Origin: the human T2T-CHM13v2.0 reference genome, Homo sapiens
DNA: 64,000 nucleotides
Assembly (NCBI RefSeq): GCF_009914755.1
Contig: NC_060935.1
Strand: one strand, 5' to 3'
In this document: positions 41,776-55,354 of the stretch, piece by piece
How the letters are laid out: each line of letters opens with the position of its first letter
Position numbering within the stretch: the first letter of the stretch is position 1
Program-made: the position numbers and the translations under genes
Notes under the pieces: model-generated
What the model was told of the DNA's origin: nothing
The model's database searches: none
What the model saw: only the letters and a program-made list of their open reading frames with translations

Positions 41776-42400
41776 TCTCAAATTTAGAGTCCCCTGGGGA
41801 GCTTTCGAAAACCCCCAGTGTCCAACCCTGACCCCAGAACAAGTAGATCAGGATCCTTGGCAGTGAAACCCAGGCATCTGCAGTCGTTAAAGCTCCCTGT
41901 GTGATCCCAGTGGGCAGCTGGGGTCCGGGCAAGGGAGGCTGTGTCAGTGAACTCCTGGAGAGCTGAGAACAACGGGAGACGTGGACTCCAGGAGGCTGAA
42001 GCCAGGGATGACCTCCACTTTTCTGGAAACATCCTTGATTACTGAAGAGCAACCCCTAAAATTCCTTCCAAACCATGCCCCACCCAAAATCTTCACTGGC
42101 TCCCCATTGCCCTTCGATACATACAACTCACGCAGCATCACTTATATCCCACCTGTGATGCATCCTGAGCCCAGCCAGGCTGCTTTTCCCCAAGAGCAGC
42201 CCATTGTTCTCAGCTCTCCAGGAGTTCACTGACACAGCCTCCCTTGCCCGGACCCCAGCTGCCCACTGGGATCACACAGGGAGCTTTAACGACTGCAGAT
42301 GCCTGGGTTTCACTGCCAAGGATCCTGATCTAATTGTTCTGGGGTCAGGGTTGGACACTGGTGGTTTTCGAAAGCTCCCCAGGGGACTCTAAATTTGAGA
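41776..42400. repeat. Inverted repeat: 197-bp arms (41776-41972 and 42204-42400), 2 mismatches, 231-bp spacer; arms contain MER5A-like sequence
   Basis: Base-by-base comparison; mismatches only at 41814/42362 and 41843/42333. The ORF track shows the same peptide on opposite strands. Confidence 0.98.
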
Positions 42401-45400
42401 GCTGGCAGATCTAGAACACTCTCCCCTGCAGGAGCTCAGCCTGCCAAAACAGACCCCTTCTCCAGGACCCAGGGGGAGGTGCCATTTCCTACAGGGCATC
42501 TTCTCTAATCACAAAAGATGGGTGTCCCCCACCTCTCAGTCCCCCAAGAACTTGATTCCTTTCCTGCACCCTCATCACACTCTTGTGTGTTGTGTTGTTT
42601 CCTTGTGTTGGGGTCACCTGTGTCCCATACTCATCTTGCCTATTAGACCCTGAAGGCTGGCACGGTGCCTCCAAATGTTTCCATACCTCTGCCCACCCTT
42701 CTTACCCCTAACAGGGCTCATGAAACAGTGGTTCATCCAAGGCTGTCCCTAAAATTCAAAACACCAAGGCGTCTTTCTTAGGTCCCTGCTCTGGGGCACT
42801 GCTGGGGTCTACACAGGTAAGTCTCTTTCCCCTTTCCAAGGGTAAAAAAAGATTAGTGTGTGCATGAGTGTGTGAACACATCTATGTACCTATTCAATAT
42901 GTACAAATTACATCATGCATGCATGCTATTTATACACATGCACGCATATATATTTTAATTAAAATCAGTTTCTTTGGTGCGTGGGAAGAGGAATTTCTCC
43001 AAATCCCTTGAGATCCTCAAGCAGAGACCCTTGGGAATCACTGTCTACATAACACAGCACCCATCACGCACACAGGAAGCACTCAGAAAACATTTGCTAA
43101 ATTAAATAATGAACTAAAAATCCAATCAACGGATTGTTGCTTATGCCAACCTAGGCATTTAGATAGATTTAGGGGATGACATCGATGTCAGACATGGCTG
43201 GCACAGCTACAGGCTGACGGAACCAGAAGCTGTGGTTTTGTGTCCCTTCCTGGGCGCAGGCCCTGGGGTACAACCATGCTCCATCAGGCTTTGCAAAATG
43301 GCTTTCCTAGGCCTGGGCAGTAGCAGCAGGATCTGGAACATTCTCAGTGCAAGTCTTTTCCCTGTGTCCCACTATGAGGGGTGGTGAAGAGGGACCCCAG
43401 CCACACGCTCTTAGAAGGGATTCCTTTGTTACAAAGTCTCAGAGAAGCCCCCAGACTCTCACATAGAATGAAGCTCACTCCACACCTGGCAGAGCCCCAG
43501 ACTCCACCCACATGCACGGCCGCCTTCATGGCCACCCACTTCGACAGGCCCTTCTCCCATTCCGTTGTCTGCTTCTCAGCGGTCTCTTCAGGATTCTGGC
43601 AGATCCTGTGACCCTAAAGGCTTGGGTATTCAGACATACTTTGAGCCCCAAACTGCTCTGAGCCAAAGGTGAAGAGGAGGAGTCACTAAGTGTGAGAGGA
43701 AACACCTCAACCTTAGAGGCCTTTGTCCAGGCCCAGGGCCCCTCCTGCCCTCCATACTGGGATGCAGAAGCTCTGTGCCTGGCTCCAACCGGCTTGCTAT
43801 TCCACTGTGAAAGTCGAGCTTGGCAGCTACAGAGACCCGTATTTAAGTTCCAGAGGCTTCTGCACACAGCAAGATGCCAGGACCACAAAAGCCAAGAGCG
43901 TAATGGGAGGCTTGGGCTTTGGCCTTAGGGGGTAACATTAAGGGCGTCCCTGCCTCTCTGTCCCACCATGAGGGTCTGGATCCTCCCCATCTAGCCCTCA
44001 GGCCTTTAGCCCTGAAGGTCCCATGAGCCTGTGACCCTCTGTGTAAGAGCAGCAGTGTCTGCCCTCCTAAATGCTCACACCTACGATCACACCTATGTTC
44101 TCATTCCTCACAGAGACCTCCCAGGCCGCACAGCAAAGACTACTAATGCTGGGGCAGCTTGTGGACATGCGTCTGTCTAGCCCTAGGAAAAATTGAAAAC
44201 CTACGCATAGAGAAACTGCATGTAGAAAACAGATCTATACAGAAAAATACATTATATACATGGAAAATGTATTTTCTCTATACAGAAAATGAAAGTACCT
44301 GATTTTGAATCCTCACAACTGAAAAAAGTGCAGCTCAGAAAGGTTAAGACCTTGGCCAGGGTCAGAAGGCAAGTTAGGTGCGGAGTCAGGGTTGGAACCC
44401 AGTTCCCTCTGAGGCCAGAGCCCACAGGATTTTGCTTCTCTAAACAGCTTCACTTCATCACAAAAGAGACTCCAAGCAAGCCCCACTTCTTCAGAGCAAA
44501 ACAGGAGCAGATGGTGGCTTTTTTCCAGCAACCACGGAAACAGGTACAACCGCACCTGCCCCTTCATTCTCATCCATCCCATTTACAACTTAATCTAAAG
44601 GATCAGTCACCTTCCCAGCTAAACCTTCCTCTAGGCATTCGACAAACATTGCCTGGGTGCCTACTATGTGCTCATATGCAGTGAGCCTTGTGGCATTGCG
44701 GACGCAGTTATGTTACCCAGCACAGGCCTCCGCACAGAACCGCAGCACCGTCTCCACCAGCTCTGGCTCTCATTGATACACAACAGAGTTCAAAATCACA
44801 GGCTTGGCAGGAAGTGCCATCTATACATAGCTCTACCATTCTGTAAGCACCGTTGGCTTCTTCTGAATAAATGCTACCCTACATTAAATGCCAGAATTCG
44901 GCAAGCAATACTGCATGTTTGCGATGAGATTGAGAACTAAAGCAAGATTGATTTTGATGTGAACACCAGCAAAGCAAATGGGTTTTTGAAAACCCTATAA
45001 TTTCCCTGCAACCCTTGACTTCACTAAACACACATTTTTAGACTACAGCACAGTTAGGTAGGCATTAAACAAAAATGAGGTAGTCTAATGATGATTTATG
45101 TGTAGGATAACCTTCTATAAAGAATTCCGCTCTGATTTCAGGGTAACTTTCAGAGGTGCCAACTTAACCAAACAATGCTGCTTGCTCTGTGTCCACCGCC
45201 AGGGTGTGATCCCGGGGCAGAGCGTTTGCCTGCAATTGTCTTAAATCTGCTGAAATTCACCCAGGGGGTGCTCTGGAAATGCAGCGCCTGCCATGAACTA
45301 AATGGAAAAGCAAAACATGACACATGCACACGCCGCCAGAGGCACCTGTGAACACGAGACATTTCTGCTTGACTGAGGAGTGTGGCTGATGGTTCTGGAA

Positions 45401-47456
45401 CCAACCAACTGGCGTGCAAGTGCAGAGCAGCCCGCCTGCTGGGATATTGGAAGAAGTTCTAGGGAGCTGCGGGCATGTTCTCTGGGAGGGGGTGCTTTGA
45501 GAGCTCCTAGGGCATAGGCATCAAAACCAGAGCTCTGGTGTACCCCTCCCTGGCTGTGTGACCTTGAGCAGGTCCCTCAGTGCCCCCAAGCCTTGATTTC
45601 CTTGTCTGTTAAACCTGTGTCTCCCGCAGATGTGTTTGGGAGGATTCAGTAAGATGATGCCGGTGAACGGGCTTTATAAACCGGAGAGCACCATACAAAC
45701 CGAAGGTGATGCCGGCCGCAGGGCACAGATGGAGAAGTGGCCCAAGTTATCTCCAAGAGCTGAAGTCAAACTGCCCTGGGCTCAGATTCTGCCTCGTCAT
45801 TTCCTCAGGGTATGGCCTTGGGAAGGCTGACCTCTCTGTGCCTCAGGCCCCACATCTGCAAAATGGGAATAATAATAATACGGACTACATAGGGCACCTG
45901 TGAAGCTTAAATAAAATGATGGAGAAAAGCACTTATCACGGACGAGCTCAATAACTGATCACTTATTTTCCTACAAACCATTCTTGCCACTATGAGTATC
46001 ATCTCAGTTTAGGGAGAGAATACCATTGCTGCCTCCGAGTGCTTTCTTGTAATCACTAACCTGCAACGTACGCTTAACAGCTTTGGAAGGTAGGATTTTC
46101 TCCACACTTCAAGGAAGAATACAAGATGTCTGAGTCCGAGGCTTCCTTTCTCACCAAAGCAAACAACAAACAAACAACAGCCAAATTAAGGACCAGCTGC
46201 CTTTTCCACTCTCTGACTGCCTTGATGAGGGAAACAGTAATTGCTGGGAGTTCCTAGGACAGCGCTCTGCCTGGAGTCACTGTTACAAGGAAGAAGGTTG
46301 CACTTTGGGTACAGAAGCTCTGGTCCATGCCCAAGCCTTGCCACTTGGAATCTGTGTGACCTGGAGCAAATTGCTCAGCCTCTCTGAATCTCATTTTCTT
46401 TACATCTAAGAATGGGGGTAGCATGTTTCCCTCCGAGGGTTCCAAGCATGATTAAATGAGATGACATGCAGGTGCCCGCCGCGGGACCCTACATACACTT
46501 ATGGACTCATACATGTCTATTGCCTCCCCTCTCACTCCTCTTCTGCCTGCACAAGTCACTAAGCCACACTGCCTCTGTGTCCTCACCTGTAAAATGGGCA
46601 AGGTAACGGGGGCTGTTTTGAGGAGCCAGTGACATCATCTGAAAGCACTTTATAAACTGTATCATTTGAGAGACAATAGTTATTATTGAACCAGGGCTTA
46701 AGCACTTGGAGCAAATTAGACACCCCGCAGTTTGTGGAGTTATTTACTATGTTGGTACAAAACCGCACCTCCATTCCTTCCCTCAACAGAAAATGTTTAT
46801 CAGGTACCCTGCAAGGTACTAGTGAATCTAGAGATTAATACTACATCCTAGGCACTTTGTTTCTGTCATTCTATTCAGTTATTATCATGGAATATTTGAG
46901 ATAAAAACATGATGGTGGTGATCCATCTTGCACAGTCCTTTGTAGCTTTCTCAAGATCATAGTTAGGTGGATTCACTCTCCATCTGTGACTCCAGGACCA
47001 CCACCTCTTTGGGTGGCTGCAGCCCCTAGCTTACCACCTCTAGCCCAGCACCCAGAAAGGGGAGCACAGGTGGTGAGTAATGATGCCAGATGATGGAGAA
47101 GACAGGGCGAGGGAGGTGAGGTCTAAGGTTGGACAACTGCATGAAGCTAGATGGGCAATTTCTCTGATGCATTTAGGTGACTCCTTTCCCATCTAAGAAT
47201 TTGAGTCTCCTCAGAGGCCCAATTTTTATTTCAAGGATTCTATGTGCAATAGGTTTTATCATTCCCATTTTATAGATGATTAAACTGAGGCTTTGGAAGT
47301 AACTTGCTCAAGGTCACCAATTAAGACTAGCAGACTCCACAGCCTGTCTTCTTTCCAACACATCCCACTATATCTTCTGTGAATTGTTTGCTCATAACTG
47401 TTACCCAACTTTCTGTGGATTGTCTTTTTCTTGTTGATTTGCAGGAGTTTTAAAAT

Positions 47457-47630
47457 ATGGTGAAACCCCGTCTCTACTAAAAATACAAAAATTAGCCAGG
47501 CGTGGTGGTGTGTGCCTGTAATCCCAGATAGTCAGGAGGCTGAGACAAGAGAATCACTTGAACCTGGGGGGTGGAGGTTGCAGTGAACCAAGATCACCTG
47601 GGTGACAGAGCAAGATTCCATCTCAAAAAA
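47457..47630 (+). mobile_element. 5'-truncated Alu with internal deletion
   Basis: Starts atggtgaaaccccgtctctac; lacks the gccactgcactccag segment. Confidence 0.9.
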
Positions 47631-48011
47631 ATATATATATATATCTATATATAATATATATTTTATATATATAATAGATATTTTATATATATTATGTATA
47701 TTATATATTATATATATTTTATATATATTATATATTTTATATATATTATACATATTATATATTTTATATATATTATATATTTTATATATTATATATTTTA
47801 TATATTTATATATTATATATTTTATATATATTATATATATTTTTATATAATATATATTTTATATATATAATATATATTTTATATATATAATATATATTTT
47901 ATATATATAATATATATTTTATATATATTTTATATATTTTATATATATTATATATATTTTATATATATTTTATATATTTTATATATATTATATATTTTTT
48001 ATATATATATA
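47631..48011. repeat. ~380-bp TA-rich tract grown from an Alu tail
   Basis: No G or C between 47752 and 48011. Confidence 0.97.
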
Positions 48012-48039
48012 GTATGTTAATTCTTTGGGAGATAATATA

Positions 48040-48290
48040 GTCCAGCACTTAGGAGCACAGATGATGGAGTCTGAATGCATAAGTTTAAGTTGTGGCTCCA
48101 CCACCTACTAACTTTAAGCAATTTACTTAGCGTCTTTGTGCCTCAGCTTGCCCATCTGTAAAATGGGGGAATAAAAGTCCCCTTGTCTTCAGATTGCTGA
48201 GAAGGTGAAACAAGCTAAATATGTCAAACGCTTAGAACAGAGCCTGGCAACTTAGTAAGTGCTCAATAAATATTAGTCATTATTATCATG
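48040..48290 (+). mobile_element. MIR SINE, near full length
   Basis: tgtgcctcagcttgcccatctgtaaaatggggg...cgcttagaacagagcctggcaacttagtaagtgctcaataaat. Confidence 0.85.
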
Positions 48291-50089
48291 TTGTCCCTTA
48301 TTCTTTTTCCCTAGATCTAGGCAGTACCTTCATGAGTTAAATGGCCCAGTGACCTCTCAGGTCTCTCACCACTTCTTCTTAACCCTCCAGCCATGTTCCC
48401 AGATCACCCCAGCCTTTCATTGCCCATTTGCCTGTGCCTGCACTGTCACCTCCACCTAAAGTGCTCTCTCTGCCCTTCTGACCTGGTCACAGACTCCAGG
48501 GCCTGACTTGAGGGCCCGTCTCCTTCAGCATGCCTTACTGTGTGGCCATCAGCAGAAAGAGTGGTCCTGCGGTATCCTCCTCTTTGTGGGAAGACACTAT
48601 AGTCCCAAGACAGAAGCCAGGAAAGGAACAGATCATGGCCAACCTGGACTCCTCTGCAAGGCCTGGCACTGTGCCTGGCACCCAGCAGGGGTCCAAGCTC
48701 CTTTTGTTGAATTGCCTCGGATCTATCATCTATTTCCCACTAGTGCAGGGTGACAATCCCAGCCACTTTTCTCCAGACTCATAAGTAGTTAAGAGCTTAG
48801 GTCCCCAGTTCTACATCTGAACAGCAGAGAATCACAAGAGGAACACACAGAAGCAACTCGGCATTATGGAGGTGAAGGACCACCAAGATTAGACACTGGT
48901 AATGCCACCGATTTGCCACGGGACATTAGGCAGGTCTCCCAGTGTCCTCCATTCCACAGGACGGTTCAGTAGGGGAGAGACTGTCATTTTGTCATCACCA
49001 TTAATCACTGGAGAGAAGAGAGGTCTGAATAAAATATGAATCCTGCCCCTGATGATTATACATTCCTGTAATGGGGATAACACAGACCTAAAAAAAAAAA
49101 ATACAGGACAAAGTACGATTAGCGTCTTGAGCAAGGAACCGATAAAGTTTGGAGGGAGTTCAGAAAAGGAGCCCCTTGGAGTGGGTTAATCTGGGTGACT
49201 TTTAAATCCATTCTTAGCAGAAATCGAGGAAAGACATCATGGAAAAAGTAGTATTTGAACCAGACTTTGAAAGATGCATAGGCTTCAGACAGACAAAGGA
49301 GGAAAAATAACTGGTATCTGTAGTGAAATACAAAGGTGCCCCATGAGTAGTTAAAATCATGTGCCCTGAGAGTGAGCAGGAGAGGAGAGAAGATGGCAGG
49401 AGACAGCATTGGTCTAGGCCTCAGTTTCTTTATCCATAAATGCAGAGGCTGAATGACACAGTCTCCAGGGCACTCTCCAGCTCTCAGTCTGTGATTCCAC
49501 ATGTTCATAGCCTACATGTGGCCCAAACTGGTTTCCAGCACCGGCACCACCTCCCCTCTCTGTGCCCATCTCCCATTCGAGTTGGTGTAGATTCGTGGGA
49601 GCCAAAGAAGTGACCTTCATGTCAGCCTGAACGAAATGTAATTAATAAATTGAATTTGCATTCCAAAGCCAAACCAAGATCACATTTGTTTGTTGTATTG
49701 AGATTATCCATCCCCGTCCATCAGAGCCGACTACATGAGCTGAATCCTAAATTCCCAGTTTAGGACAGTCTTTGTGTCTCCCATGGGGCCAAAAACAGAG
49801 CCAGCGCCCAACAAAGCCTTCTTGTTAGGATGGCTGTTTCGTTCACTGGTCTTTAAGCTGGAGATCTGTTGCCCTTCAGAGGAGCCCAAGCCTCTGGTCA
49901 CTGCACACACAGCCAGAGGTCAGCACAAGGGTTGGTGGCAGATTTCTGTTCCCAGGCAAGTGCAGGAGACAGAGATGGGCCCTCCTCCTATGTGGAAACC
50001 TAAGGACACCCGATTCCTAATGATTCCCAGTCTGCTCCAGAGAGGCGGCGGGAAGTAGAGGAACCGGAAGACCGGCTCACATCCGGGCC

Positions 50090-50310
50090 ACATCTCTTAT
50101 TAGCTGTGTGGCCTTGGGTAACGTGCTTAACTGCTCTGGGCCTCAACATCCTCATTTATAAAATGAGAAAATAAAAACAAAAACAGAACATAAAAACATT
50201 ATCTCTCTTAAAGTGTTATTGTGAGGATTAGAGATAATATATATAAAATGCCTAACCCAAAAGAGGTCTCCATACAGCATAGGTATTATCATTAATCTTG
50301 TTATTATTAT
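50090..50310 (+). mobile_element. MIR SINE
   Basis: tagctgtgtggccttgggtaacgtgcttaac...ttattgtgaggattagagataat. Confidence 0.75.
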
Positions 50311-51945
50311 TATTATTCCTCTGTGACAGTCCTATGCTGGTTCTGGGGATAAAAAGATGAAAGATACAGTTGTACACCCTCCTGCGGCAGACAGATAGAA
50401 ATAACGGACTAGGACGCAAGACAGAATGAAGGCAGGGCTCCAGGAATGAAACCAGGGTAGTACTGTCTGCCCGGCAGGCCTATGTCTGGCCTCGTGGAAG
50501 AGGGCATGTGGACGAAGTGTAAGGGACAAAAGAGGGGCAGGGTGTCAACAGAGAGAGGAGGGGGCCACTGTACCCCAGGCAGAAGAGATCGCTGAATTGA
50601 ATGAGAGCTATGAAAACCCATTTGGCACCCTGGAACTCTGGAGTTCATTATTCTAGGGAGGCTGGTAGTTTACTTTGCTCTCTTGGCCAAAGGTGGGCTG
50701 CAGGGAGGAAGCACTGCCTGATAGGAATCCTTATATGACACTAAGAGACATTTTCTCATGTCACAGGACCCCTCTGGCCAGAGGCGTCCTTGCCCGTGTC
50801 TCCCTACCCACAATAAACAGTGTCCTCAGCGCACTTTCAGCCTGGCAAGGCACGGTGACAACTCAGTATCCCCATTTGCATGGACAAAGGAGCTGATGCA
50901 GGCTTGTCTTCCTGAGCAGCAGCAGACACATCTGGCCCACATCTGAGCAGTGTCCCAAACTCCCCGCTGGGGCCAAGATAGCCAGTCAGGATGCTGGGGA
51001 AGAGCATGCTGGGAGACTCCCACAAGGGGCCCACATTGATATAATCAGGTCTGGTGGAAATTAAAAGCTATTAGGAACAGGGCCAGATTTATCTTTATAT
51101 CCAATAACATGTATTGTAATGGTGATCATGCAGATGGGAAATTAAACCACATCTCAGCTTCACTGGAGGCGTTAATTTTAATTTATGTTTGTGCACAGCC
51201 TTTGGCCCTCTTACCCCAACCCTGCCAGCCTTGGAGAGCCAGTTCACACCAGGATCAGTTCCCTGGAGAGAGAAGCAAGGGTGGGAGTCTGCCAGATACA
51301 AAGTGAGAGGCTCTATGCTTTACACACATCTTTAAACAGCGGATGGAAAGATGACCCACTTGAGGGAGTGGAGGCGGGTATAGTAGGTGGCTAAAGGGTA
51401 GCACTTTGGGCTGTTTCTCCAGACTCTCCCTGCCCTGGGCAAAGCACAGCCAAAAAGCTGGTGAGAGTTTCCTTGGCCAGCTTCAGGATAGCCAGGGATA
51501 GCCGGGAAGGCTAACCTGTGAGTAAGCACCCAATTCATGGAGATTGTTTTTGGTCCCAAGCCTTCAATTCTTCCCAGACTCCTTCAGAAAGAGGCGTGGG
51601 AGAGCCAGCTCCCATCCACAGGGGCTGCACCCACATGAGGGCCCCCTCCTCCCAGGGCACCTGCATCCCCAAGGGGATGCCTCCTGGGGCTCTGATGGGC
51701 CCACACCAGTCTCCCTGCTCCTTCTGTGTTCCAGCTCCTGCTGGACTTGTGGTTTGTGAAGCTGAGCCCAGCCCTGCAGATCCAGAAATCAAAGTCAACA
51801 CAGTTCCTCTGGCTCCGGAAGCTGATCCTGAAGTGTCAGAGGGAAGTATCCCTGGCTCTTCCATCCTCCATTAACCTTCAGGGCAACTTGCCATGTAATC
51901 TTCCCCTACCATGAGAAGTGCCATCCAGCCTCCTCACCTCAAAAT

Positions 51946-51946
<1 letters not shown>

Positions 51947-51980
<34 letters not shown>
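51947..51980 (+). repeat. (CA)n microsatellite
   Basis: Direct reading. Confidence 0.97.
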
Positions 51981-51981
<1 letters not shown>

Positions 51982-54056
51982 CACAGCACACACACTGGGC
52001 ATAGTGTGAATATGGTTAGTGGAAAAAAATCCTATTTTTATAAAAAATCGAACTACTTTCATTTGCCAAAATTAAAGCATGTGGCATGTGGGCCCAAGTT
52101 CTGGTCCTGCACCTACAGAGCCTGGACAAGACAAAACTCCACTCTCTCTGGCTCTCATGGAGTCCTCCATGATCATGCTAGTTGGATTTCTGCACTTGGA
52201 GAAGACTGGCCCTGGATCTAACATGTAGCTGTAGAATGATCTAGAATGATTATAGATGGGGCTGGAGGGCTGGGCCAGGAGAGGAAAATTCTCCAATGCC
52301 AAACTAAAGAAAGGGGTTCTGCAAAACCGAAGTTTAACACAGCCCTGCAGATTAGCATCGAGGCCACTTTCCTGATAATTATGCCCTATGGGGCCACCAG
52401 CCCAGTCTTGACATCAAAGACAGCCCTGAAGCACCAACTACAGGGGCCGCCTGGGGGAAGCTCCCTGCCTCCAGCTCCTAAGCACAGGAACCAGTTAACC
52501 TTCCTTCTCTCCTATCTGATCTGGTCTTCTCCCCATCCCATGCCCAGCCTGCTGTCTTATTCCATGTCTCTGTCCATGCCATTCCCCAGATTCCTCTGGA
52601 ATTCTTCCAGCCATCCATTCATATACTCACTGATCATTTAGTGAGCTTTTATTTACCCTGAGTGCAGAAAGTGGAGATGTGTGGATGAGAACAATCCAGT
52701 TCCGGCCCGTGGGAACTGCAGTCGTGTGGGGAACACAGACACCATTCCATACCAGAAACACACACCACTGCAGCAAACCGCAAGCGCAAATGCTCTCTTC
52801 CACCTAATAATCGCAATAACCTGTGCTCAGCAACTGTCGGGCAGTGTTCTAGACATTGTTCATATATTGATTCATTTCATTCTTACTCGAACCCTATGAG
52901 TCCATTTTACAGGTGGGGAAATGGAGGGGGTAAATGACTCACCCAGCTAGTAAGCAATGGAGTGAGTCTTAAATGCAGGTAGTCTGGTCCTAGATTCTAG
53001 GCTCTTAATCACCACACTGCACTTGGTTCCATGAAGCCATCCCCACATCAATTTGTTCCCCTTCCTAAAGCCAAAGGCCTCACTGCCTACAGTACACATT
53101 TAAAGCCTCCACTGTAGCCAGAGTAACACTTTATTGGATACATTTATACGGTGGGTGAGGCACGTCTGTGTGGGGTTAAGCACACAGGTTGAAAAAACAG
53201 ACTCTGGTTCCAGCCCCACCCTCTGCTCAGTGTGATTCAGAAGGTACTTTACTTCTTTGAGCCTCAGTTTCCTCTTCTGTAAAGTGGAGAGGGGAAAACA
53301 CATTTACGGACTTTTTGTGATGATACAAAGAGATCCTGTATGGAAGTTTCTGAGCCCTGTACCTGGGATATAGTAAGCACCCCCCAAATTTTAATGCAAT
53401 AATTATCATTATTTAATGGATGTAATGCTTAGTCTATAAACTTAAGTATATAAGAAATACCACATTTCTTTATGTTCTTTAAATCACCTTAAATCTGACT
53501 CTGCTAGATAGGCAGGAGATTGTCCCCAACATTATTGGGGCTTCTCCCAGGGTATGCCAAGGTCCGAGGTACCTCTGCTCCTCACCAGCCCATGGTCCCT
53601 GCCTGAATGATTGCTTTGGCTCTTGGGCTGTGCACCTCATGACTCATTTGAACCCAAGAACCCTGGACTCAGCCTCAGACCCTGCAGGACCCCACACAGC
53701 CACCCCTGCGGGGTCCAACCGCTTCTTCTGGCTGCGTCCATGGAGCAGCCTTCAGCACCATCCTCATCCCTGGCATCCTTTCATCTCCTCTTTGTTCCTT
53801 GCCCTCAGAGGCTCTCCTCCCCAGACAAAACACCCTTCCTAACCTTTGCTATTAGCCTATGGTTTTACAAAAGACAGGAGGAGCAGCTGTCTTCCAGGAG
53901 CTTCGAATTCCCATCCTGCTACAAGCTCTGAAGTCAGGAGATATAATGGCCTGGCCATCTGCTTGGAACTGAGAGAAGGAAAAAGTACTGAGTGTAAAAG
54001 GCAAATTAATGTCTCAAAGAAAGTCTCCTGCTGCATTAGCTGTCAACACGCCAGAT

Positions 54057-54226
54057 CATGGTTCTTGTCCTAGGTACACATCAGAACCACCTAGCGAGCA
54101 TTGAAAAGGCTGATGCCCAGGCTCTACTCCTGGGAGAGTCTAATTCAGTTGATTTGGGGCTAAGCATTGGTGTTTCTAAAGGAGCTCCTCGGGGATTTAA
54201 ATGGGTAGCAGGCTTAAGAACCCCTG
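54057..54226. mobile_element. MER5A/B DNA transposon
   Basis: tggttct...catcagaaccaccta...ctgatgcccaggctctac...taagaacccctg. Confidence 0.75.
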
Positions 54227-55207
54227 CTTTACAGGTTCCATGAATAGAAGTCTTATCTTCCCCAACTAAATCATCAACCTTGAGGAACAAGAATCATTTC
54301 AAACAATCAGTTATGAGACCTTAATGCTGAAAGGGCACTCAGAGATCACCTGGTCAAGCTGCTCCAATTTACAGCATGGGAAACAAAGGTCCTGGGTAGA
54401 GAAAGGAAGAAAACGCAGCAGAACCCCTGCAATGTGCGGAGATGAAGAAATGGGTGGTGGAAAAATCCCGCAGTTTTGTAAATGGAGGCCTAGAGGTATT
54501 TTAAAGACCCAAGGTCCTCTCTTGGAGCTTCTATACCTGTTTTCCTGTGGCTGACACAACCCCAGAGAGGTAAAAGGAGCCAATAATGAGGGACTCACAA
54601 TCACGGCAGCTGTGATGAGATGAACCCACAACATGGTATGAACCCAATTTCCCAACATCAGCCTCAATGCGAGGCCAGCTAGAATTCCAATGGAGTCTTT
54701 AGCCAACTCATTCAAGAAGGGAAGAAGGAAAGTCCCCATACACATGCTTCCTGAAGTCAGGTCCTCCAAGGAGGCAGTGCTCACTGTTTTAGTCACACGA
54801 CGCAGGAACACAGACCACAAACCCGCCTCTCATTCCTCCTCCCCTTGCCACCTTTCGCAGGTAAGGTGCTTCCAGCCTTGCCTCCCGTCCCTCAGGGCTG
54901 GGTCAAGCAAAGCCCCAGCAGTCAGAAAGGATGGGGCTTCCACTGCACTTGGTGTCTGATGGGACCCTCACAGACCCAGTCAAGACCACCAGTGTGTGAG
55001 TCTTCAACACCCCACAGAGAGACGTGCCAGACCAAGACCAAAGACTTTTTTTTTTTGGCCAAAGCTTCACCAGAACAATAACAAGTCACTCCCCAGAGCC
55101 AACCTCAAGATCTTATTGAGCTCAACAACCAGCTCAGGCATCTCTACTTTATCCAGTCCCCACAGAGGGAGCACCTCTGTCTGCCGCAGCCCCGGGACGC
55201 TTCTTAC

Positions 55208-55354
55208 CTGGGATGATGGAGACTGTGTCTTTCTCCCAAGATACAACGCTAACATATTCCTGCACTGAAGAGGGGATGAGGCACTTGAAGACGGCCACGT
55301 TGCCACGCATTGACCTTTGATCCTCCACCCGGACGGTGTAGGGTTCCCTGAAAA
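55208..55354 (-). CDS. DSCAML1: DSCAML1 coding exon 3 (N-terminal part of second Ig domain), 147 nt, phase 1-1
   Basis: Read manually: ctctctgcag|TTTTCAGGGAACCC...ATCATCCCAG|gtaaga gives (V)[48 protein letters not shown], in frame with exon 2 (G|TT = Val). This frame is absent from the ORF track. Confidence 0.96.

Noticed and set aside
41784-42392. Duplicated small protein (FSALQEFTDTAS...) on opposite strands
   Set aside because: A by-product of the inverted repeat; the + copy starts at TTG rather than ATG and overlaps MER5-like DNA.
47631-48011. Identification as the t(11;22) PATRR
   Set aside because: No long arm symmetry was established, and the context is an Alu-tail expansion inside DSCAML1.
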